In this document: piece by piece, positions 55,979-61,467 of the stretch
How positions within the stretch are numbered: position 1 is the first letter of the stretch
Layout of the letters: every line of letters starts with the position of its first letter
NCBI GenBank assembly: GCA_046723845.1
Contig: JBKOVG010000056.1
Span: 1-61,467 of the forward strand
Source: Candidatus Methylomirabilota bacterium
GTDB taxonomy: Bacteria > Methylomirabilota > Methylomirabilia > Rokubacteriales > CSP1-6
Length of the DNA: 61,467 bases
Direction: 5' to 3'
Position numbers and translations under genes: made by a program
The notes under the pieces: generated by a model
Seen by the model: the letters and a program-made list of their open reading frames with translations, nothing else
The model's database searches: none
Told to the model about the DNA's origin: nothing

Positions 55979-56284
55979 ATGGACAGCACCACGTGGGCGG
56001 TGGGGGGCTTCGGCTTCTGGAACTTCGTCCTCCTCCTCCTGATCGCCGGCGTGTGCGGCGCCCTCGGCCAGGCCATCACCGGCGTGTCCCGCGGCGGATG
56101 CCTGGTCTCCATTGCCCTGGGCTTCATCGGCGCCCTCGTGGGCCTGTGGCTGGCTCGCCTTCTCGGCCTGCCCGAGCTCTTCACCGTGAGCATCAGCGGC
56201 ACGCGCTTCCCCATCCTCTGGTCGATCATCGGCTCCGCGCTGTTCGTGGCGGTCATCAGCTTCATCGCCCGATCTCGACGCTGA
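55979..56284 (+). CDS. GlsB/YeaQ/YmgE-family stress-response membrane protein
   Basis: 101 aa, Gly-rich, three TM segments: 'LLLLIAGVCGALGQAI', 'SIALGFIGALVGLWLA' and 'ILWSIIGSALFVAV'. Confidence 0.75.
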   Translation: MDSTTWAVGGFGFWNFVLLLLIAGVCGALGQAITGVSRGGCLVSIALGFIGALVGLWLARLLGLPELFTVSISGTRFPILWSIIGSALFVAVISFIARSRR

Positions 56285-56395
56285 GGCGCGGGGGCGACGA
56301 TGTGGTCGCTCCTCACCGCCACCTGCCATGACTGGTACGAGGACCGCGCCAGGGGCCCTATCGCGAGCAGGTGCTCCGCTCGCTCATCACCCTCA

Positions 56396-56437
56396 GGGGG
56401 AGGGGGTCCCACTCCGCCGGAGCACACCCCTCCCCCC
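56396..56437. terminator. G5AG5 / C4TC6 stem-loop between convergent genes (bidirectional terminator candidate)
   Basis: 'gggggagggggt' at 56396-56407 pairs with 'acccctcccccc' at 56426-37 with one bulge. An inner 'ctccg/cggag' pairing is also possible. Confidence 0.35.
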
Positions 56438-56484
56438 GACGCCACCCGGCCGGTCGTACGTGTGGCACTCGTGAGCAATCCAGC

Positions 56485-57183
56485 CTAGCGTCCGCTGTCC
56501 ACCGGCGCGCTCACGATGCGGAGCTGCGCCACCACGGGGAGATGGTCGGAGGCGATGCGGGCGAGGCGGCTCCGGTGGACGCGGAAACCGTCGGAGACGA
56601 GATGGCGGTCCCAGTAGATGCGGTCGAGGGGGAAGATCGGCAAGGGAGCGGGATGCGTGCGCCGAATGCGCGGGCCGTGCAGCTCACGGCGGAGAAGCCG
56701 GCCCACGGGCCCGGGGAACCACTCGTTGAGATCGCCAATGACGATCCGGGGCCCCGTCAAATCCTGGTGGAGGATGTGATCGCGGACGAGCATGCGCACC
56801 TGGTCGGCGCGCTCACGCACCTTGAGGCCGAAGTGCACGTTGAACAGGTGCAGCAGCCCCTCGTTCATGACCAGGTCGAGCCGGATGCCCCCACGCGGCT
56901 CGCGGCTCGCCCAGGAAAGGTCGAAAGTGTGGCTGCCGTGAATGGGCAGGCGGCTCAGCACCGCGTTGCCATAGGGCAGCCCGTTGCGCCTGGTGGTGGG
57001 ACCCATGGCGAGCTCCATCTCCAACCGCTCGGCGAGCGCGTCGGCCTGGGGGCGCAGCACCTCCTGGATACCCACGAGGTCGGCGTCGATCTCCTTCAGC
57101 ACGTCGGCGATGCGCTCGAGATTCACGCGCCGATCGAGTCCCGCGCAGCGATGGATGTTGTAGCTCGCTACCGTGAAGTGCAT
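56485..57183 (-). CDS. Endonuclease/exonuclease/phosphatase (EEP) family protein
   Basis: 'ASYNIHRCAG', 'LVGIQEV', 'VIGDLNE' and 'ASDHLPVVA' are the EEP catalytic motifs. Confidence 0.8.
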   Translation of the reverse strand: MHFTVASYNIHRCAGLDRRVNLERIADVLKEIDADLVGIQEVLRPQADALAERLEMELAMGPTTRRNGLPYGNAVLSRLPIHGSHTFDLSWASREPRGGIRLDLVMNEGLLHLFNVHFGLKVRERADQVRMLVRDHILHQDLTGPRIVIGDLNEWFPGPVGRLLRRELHGPRIRRTHPAPLPIFPLDRIYWDRHLVSDGFRVHRSRLARIASDHLPVVAQLRIVSAPVDSGR

Positions 57184-57356
57184 ACGAAAACGCTACGGTC
57201 ATCTCCACGGCGTGTCAACCACTCGTGTGGGATTGGGTTGTTCTTTCCCATGTGCGGGAAGAAGTTACACCCCGGCCTGCACTCGGCCGCGGCGATGTGC
57301 CCATGGTCTCAAGCAATCGCTCCGTGGCACGCCGGTTGCCCGTGTAGGATCGAGCC

Positions 57357-59072
57357 ATGCGTTATCTCGTCCTCGCCTGCGACTTCGACGGCACCATCGC
57401 GACCGACGGCAATGTCTGCGAGGAGACGCTGGCCGCGCTGCACCGGCTGCGCGACTCCGGCCGCAAGATCGTCCTCGTCACGGGTCGCGAGATGGAGGAT
57501 CTCCTCAAGGTCTTCCCCGCCCTCGATGTGTTCGATCGCGTGGTGGCTGAGAACGGCGGCGTGCTCTATCGTCCGGCGGGCCGGGAGTACCGGGCCCTCG
57601 GGGATCCGCCGCCCGCCGCCTTTGTGGAGGCGCTTCGCGCCCGCATGGTCTCGCCGCTGGCCATTGGGCACTGCATTGTGGCAACCTGGCAGCCGAACGA
57701 GAGCGTCGTGCTCGAGATCATTCGCGATCTCGGGCTCGAGCTGCAGGTGATCTTCAACAAGGGCGCGGTGATGGTACTACCCTCCGGCCTCAACAAGGCC
57801 ACGGGGCTGGAGGCGGCGCTGCTGGAGCTGGGACTCTCTCGCCACAACTGTGTGGGAGTGGGAGACGCGGAGAACGACCACGCCTTGATGCGCCTCTCCG
57901 AATGCGGAGTAGCGGTGGCCAACGCCCTTCCCCTCGTCCGGGAGCGCGCGGACTGGGTCACCCCCTCGCGCAACGGCGACGGCGTCGCCCAGCTCATCGA
58001 GCGTCTGATCGCCGACGACCTCGCCGCGCTGTCGCACCGTCTCACCCGTCACGCCATCGTGCTCGGCGTCCGGGCGGACGGCGAGGAGATCCGGCTCGAC
58101 CCCTACGGTCTGAGCCTGCTCATCGCGGGCGCGTCGGGCAGCGGGAAGTCGACCTTCGCCACCGGGGTGCTCGAGCGGCTGGCCGGGCAGGGCTATCAAT
58201 TCTGCATCGTGGATCCCGAAGGCGACTACGCGCTGTTCGAGAACACCATCGTGCTCGGCGACAAGGAGCACGCGCCCACGGTGGCCGGCGCGCTCGACGT
58301 GCTCGAGCAACCCGACCACAACGTGGTGGTCAATCTCCTCGGGCTCGGGCTGGACGAGCGCCCGGCGTTCTTCTCGAAGCTCTTGTCCGGGCTCCAAGAT
58401 CTCCGCTCGCGCACGGGACGGCCCCACTGGATCGTGATCGACGAGGCCCATCACCTGCTGCCCGCGCCCTCGGGCCTGGTCTCGGTGACGCTGCCGCGCT
58501 CGCTCTCGGGGATGATCCTGATCACCGTGCATCCCGAGCATGTGAATCCAGCCGTGCTCGGCTCGATCGATCTCGCGGTCACTATCGGCCGCGCCGCGGA
58601 GGAGACCTTGCGCGCCTTTGGGGAGACCGTGGGGGCTCCACCGTTCGCCGTGCCACCGGCGGGGAGCGAGGCGGGGCTGGCGCTCCTCTGGCAGCGCCGG
58701 CCCGAGGCGCGCGATCCCCTGTGGCTGCGCACGGTGGCGCCGCGTTCGGAGCATCGCCGCCACATCCGCAAGTACGCCACGGGCGAGCTCGGCGAGGACA
58801 AGAGCTTCTACTTCAGGGGCTCGGCGGGGCAGCTCAAGCTGCGCGCCCAGAATCTCGTGCTGTTCATCCAGCTCGCCGCCGGGGTCGACGATGAGACCTG
58901 GACGCATCACCTCCGCAACCAGGACTACTCCCGCTGGTTCCGGGACGCGATCAAGGACGAGGGCCTGGCTTCCGAGGCCGCCGGCGTGGAGGCGGATGCG
59001 AGCCTGACCCCGGAAGACAGCCGCCGGCTGATCAAGGCGGCCATCGAGCGCCGCTACACCCTCCCGTCCTGA
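57357..59072 (+). CDS. Fusion protein: HAD-IIB phosphatase domain + HerA/FtsK-like P-loop ATPase + unknown C-terminal domain
   Basis: HAD motifs are 'ACDFDGTI', 'VLVTGR' and 'GVGDAENDHALM'. These are followed by Walker A 'IAGASGSGKST', the HerA-type 'CIVDPEGDY' and Walker B 'HWIVIDEAHHLLP'. About 170 unassigned residues remain at the C-terminus. Confidence 0.75.
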   Translation: MRYLVLACDFDGTIATDGNVCEETLAALHRLRDSGRKIVLVTGREMEDLLKVFPALDVFDRVVAENGGVLYRPAGREYRALGDPPPAAFVEALRARMVSPLAIGHCIVATWQPNESVVLEIIRDLGLELQVIFNKGAVMVLPSGLNKATGLEAALLELGLSRHNCVGVGDAENDHALMRLSECGVAVANALPLVRERADWVTPSRNGDGVAQLIERLIADDLAALSHRLTRHAIVLGVRADGEEIRLDPYGLSLLIAGASGSGKSTFATGVLERLAGQGYQFCIVDPEGDYALFENTIVLGDKEHAPTVAGALDVLEQPDHNVVVNLLGLGLDERPAFFSKLLSGLQDLRSRTGRPHWIVIDEAHHLLPAPSGLVSVTLPRSLSGMILITVHPEHVNPAVLGSIDLAVTIGRAAEETLRAFGETVGAPPFAVPPAGSEAGLALLWQRRPEARDPLWLRTVAPRSEHRRHIRKYATGELGEDKSFYFRGSAGQLKLRAQNLVLFIQLAAGVDDETWTHHLRNQDYSRWFRDAIKDEGLASEAAGVEADASLTPEDSRRLIKAAIERRYTLPS

Positions 59073-59101
59073 CCGCTCGCCGTCAGCGAGCGAGGAAGGC
59101 C

Positions 59102-60214
59102 TCAGCAGCTCAGGACGGCGACCGTCTTCCGCTCGATCAGATCGAAGTTGATGGCCGCGCCCAGTCCCGGGCCGTTGAAGGCGTGCACGAGCCCCTGGCG
59201 GTCCACCTCGATGTCCTGGGCGAGGCCGTACTTCTGCGCGCCCGCGGGCAGGAGCACCTCGAAGTACTCGCAGTTCTGGATGGCCATGGTCACATGGAGA
59301 TTCGCCACGTTGTTGAGCGAGTTCCCCCCGTGGTGGATCTCGAAGTTCATGTGGAAAGCCTCGGCGAGATGCGCGGCCTTCACGAGCGCGGTGATGCCGC
59401 CCTTCACCGCCACGTCGCCGCGGAGGAAGTCCGTGGCCTGGTGCACGAGCCAGGGCGCGAAGGCGGTGAGCCCGCCCGGCGCGTACTCGGTGGCGAGGAT
59501 GGGAATGGCGAGGTGCTGCTTGAGCTTCACGTAGCTCAGGATGTCGTCGTCGGCGAGCGGATCCTCGTACCAGTAGAAGCCGAGCTCCTCCGCCACCTTG
59601 CCCACCCGTAGCGCGTCCGGGTACTGATAGGCCCAGGTGGAGTCGAGCATCACGCGGAAGTCGTCGCCCACCGCGCGCCGCACAGCGCGGCACACCTCGA
59701 TGTCCACCGCGGGATCGGTGGGCGGGTGGATCTTGTAGGTCGTCCATCCCTCGGCCTTGAAGCGGAGGGCTTCTTCCGCGTAGGCCTCCTTGGTGGGCAG
59801 CACCGCCGAGCTCGCGTAGGCGGGCGCGCTGTCGCGATAGGAGCCGAGGAGACGGTGGATGGGCTGGCCTACCGCCTTGCCTGCGATGTCCCACAGGGCC
59901 ACGTCCATGGCGCCGATGGCGCGGAAGGTCGTCTGGCGATTCTTGTGCCACATCGCCTGATAGAGTCGCTCGCGCGCCAGCGGGTCCTGTCCCATCACCA
60001 CGGGCTTGAGGAACTGGATCAGCGATTGCCCGTCGAGATGCGCGCCGCGCATGGACGAGCCGAGGAAGGCGTGACCAGAGACGCCCTCGTCGGTCTCGAT
60101 GGTGACGAGGCCGAGCTGGCTCTTGCCGCTGAAGCGCCCCGTGTGGCGTCCGTAGGTGGTGGCGGGGATGTCGTCCCAGGCGAAGAGGGTCAGGCGAACG
60201 TCGGTGATTTTCAT
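59102..60214 (-). CDS. Enolase-superfamily enzyme (mandelate racemase / muconate lactonizing / acid-sugar dehydratase type)
   Basis: 'MKITDVRLT', 'AIGAMDVALWDIAGK', 'VMLDSTWAY' and 'YWYEDPL' are present. Confidence 0.85.
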   Translation of the reverse strand: MKITDVRLTLFAWDDIPATTYGRHTGRFSGKSQLGLVTIETDEGVSGHAFLGSSMRGAHLDGQSLIQFLKPVVMGQDPLARERLYQAMWHKNRQTTFRAIGAMDVALWDIAGKAVGQPIHRLLGSYRDSAPAYASSAVLPTKEAYAEEALRFKAEGWTTYKIHPPTDPAVDIEVCRAVRRAVGDDFRVMLDSTWAYQYPDALRVGKVAEELGFYWYEDPLADDDILSYVKLKQHLAIPILATEYAPGGLTAFAPWLVHQATDFLRGDVAVKGGITALVKAAHLAEAFHMNFEIHHGGNSLNNVANLHVTMAIQNCEYFEVLLPAGAQKYGLAQDIEVDRQGLVHAFNGPGLGAAINFDLIERKTVAVLSC

Positions 60215-60242
60215 GGTGGGGGGAGCCTACCACGGCCCCGCA

Positions 60243-61361
60243 TTACTCCTCCAGCAGCACGCAGTGCCGCGGATCGAGGCTCAGGAAGACCTCCGTACCC
60301 TCGGCCACCGGCTCCGCGGTGACGCAGCGGAGGACGAGGCGCCGGCCGTCCCAGTCGAGATGGTACTGGGTGAAGTCGCCCTGGAAGACGCGACTCCGCA
60401 CGCGGGCCGGCCACACGTTGCGAGGGGCGGCCGGGCGCTCGCGCGAGAGCTGGAGGTGCACGGTGCGCGCAGAGAAGACCGCCTCCCCCCCCGCGCGCCG
60501 TCCGTGGGCGACGCCGTGGACGAGGGCGCCGCCCGACGTCTCCAGGACCACGAGGCCGTCGCCGTCGAGCTCGGGGCGGCGCCGGCCGCGGATGAGATTG
60601 GCGGAGCCGACGAAGTCGGCCACGAAGGCGTTGCGGGGCAGGTCGTAGATCTCGGCGGGCGTGCCGATCTGCTCGATGACCCCGTCGCGCATGACGATGA
60701 TGCGGTCGGAGATGGCGAGAGCCTCCTCGAGGTCGTGGGTCACGTACACCGAGGTGATGCCGAGCCGCCGCTGCAGCTCTTTCAGCTCGACGCGCATCTC
60801 GGCGCGAAGCTTGGCGTCGAGGTTTGAGAGCGGCTCGTCGAAAAGCAGCACGGAGGGGGAGAAGACGAAGGCGCGGGCGAGGGCGACACGCTGCTGCTGC
60901 CCTCCGGAGAGCTTGGCCGCGCTCCGCTTCGCCAACTCGCCCATCTGGACCAGCTCCAGCGCCTCCCCGACCTTGCGAGCGATCTCGCTCTCCGGTTCGC
61001 GGCGGACACGCAGGCCATAGGCGACGTTGTCGAACACGCTCATGTGCGGCCAGATGGCGTAGGACTGGAACACCATGGAGAGGCCGCGGCGCTCCGGGGG
61101 CACCTGGGCGCCGGAGCGGCCGTCGTACACGATGGCGCTGTCGATGCGGATCTCCCCGCCTGCCGGCTTCTCGAGCCCCGCGATGGCCCGCAGCGTGGTC
61201 GTCTTGCCGCATCCGGAAGGCCCGAGCAGAGTCAGGTGCTCGCCCGCGTCCACGGAGAAGCTCACCCCCCGCACGGCGACCACGCTCCCGTACTGCACGA
61301 CCAGATCGCGCACCTCGATGGAGGCGGCGCGGCCGGCCTGCCTCGCGGCGGGGGCGCTCAT
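60243..61361 (-). CDS. ABC transporter ATP-binding protein (PotA/MalK/FbpC type with C-terminal regulatory domain)
   Basis: 'GPSGCGKTT', 'LSGGQQQRVALARA' and 'LLFDEPLSNLD' are present. There is a C-terminal TOBE-like extension. Confidence 0.9.
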   Translation of the reverse strand: MSAPAARQAGRAASIEVRDLVVQYGSVVAVRGVSFSVDAGEHLTLLGPSGCGKTTTLRAIAGLEKPAGGEIRIDSAIVYDGRSGAQVPPERRGLSMVFQSYAIWPHMSVFDNVAYGLRVRREPESEIARKVGEALELVQMGELAKRSAAKLSGGQQQRVALARAFVFSPSVLLFDEPLSNLDAKLRAEMRVELKELQRRLGITSVYVTHDLEEALAISDRIIVMRDGVIEQIGTPAEIYDLPRNAFVADFVGSANLIRGRRRPELDGDGLVVLETSGGALVHGVAHGRRAGGEAVFSARTVHLQLSRERPAAPRNVWPARVRSRVFQGDFTQYHLDWDGRRLVLRCVTAEPVAEGTEVFLSLDPRHCVLLEE

Positions 61362-61467
61362 TCGCCGATGGGGCGCGAGGCACGCCTCGCCACCGCGAAG
61401 AGCAGGACGAGGGCGATGGCCACCGCGAGGGTCTGGAGCAGGGCCATGGCCGCGGTGAGCTCCGTGC
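61358..61467 (-). CDS. ABC transporter permease, C-terminal end only (continues beyond window)
   Basis: The minus-strand frame is open to the window edge. It ends with the hydrophobic '...LTAAMALLQTLAVAIALVLLFAVARRASRPIGE*', and its stop overlaps the ATPase start (ATGA). Confidence 0.5.
   Translation of the reverse strand, partial: TELTAAMALLQTLAVAIALVLLFAVARRASRPIGE

Overview
This is a very GC-rich bacterial chromosomal segment. Third codon positions are almost always G/C, GTG/TTG starts are frequent, and many neighbouring genes overlap by 4 nt (ATGA/GTGA). I can support about 60 protein-coding genes. I see no rRNA, tRNA, CRISPR array, integrase or transposase.

Gene content by region:
- 1-12 kb is housekeeping: rfbB, HD-domain dNTPase-like, glutaryl-CoA dehydrogenase-like, MFS transporter, trmI, purine permease, ppiD-like, greA.
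- 12-13.5 kb holds a solitary DGQHR (DndB-like) gene with a canonical sigma70 promoter, next to an unusually GC-poor intergenic stretch.
- About 14-42 kb is dominated by cyclic-amide and amide catabolism. It has three hydantoinase/dihydropyrimidinase-type amidohydrolases, a D-carbamoylase, two amidase-signature amidases (one with a small AtzG/GatC-like partner), a DUF4387-DUF1446(AtuA-like) pair, and two ABC importers.
- 41-48 kb carries CoA-ester metabolism: MaoC, CitE-like lyase and a CaiB-type CoA-transferase.
- 48-61 kb is mixed: dodecin, murB, lipid-related genes, a HAD::HerA-like ATPase fusion next to an EEP-family gene, an enolase-superfamily enzyme and ABC components.

Observations the gene list does not explain:
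- A mosaic family of non-coding repeat elements fills five intergenic or intercistronic gaps. It includes MITE-like copies bounded by 27-nt terminal inverted repeats, a 45-bp tandem triplication and a ~100-bp tandem array.
- The candidates for uncharacterised systems are the orphan DGQHR protein, the translationally coupled DUF4387-DUF1446-amidohydrolase operon, and the HAD::HerA-like ATPase plus EEP pair.
- Several genes look degenerate: an HtrA-like protein with the catalytic triad substituted, an internally deleted aminotransferase, and two gene relics.

All functional calls come from by-eye motif recognition and need HMM or BLAST confirmation.
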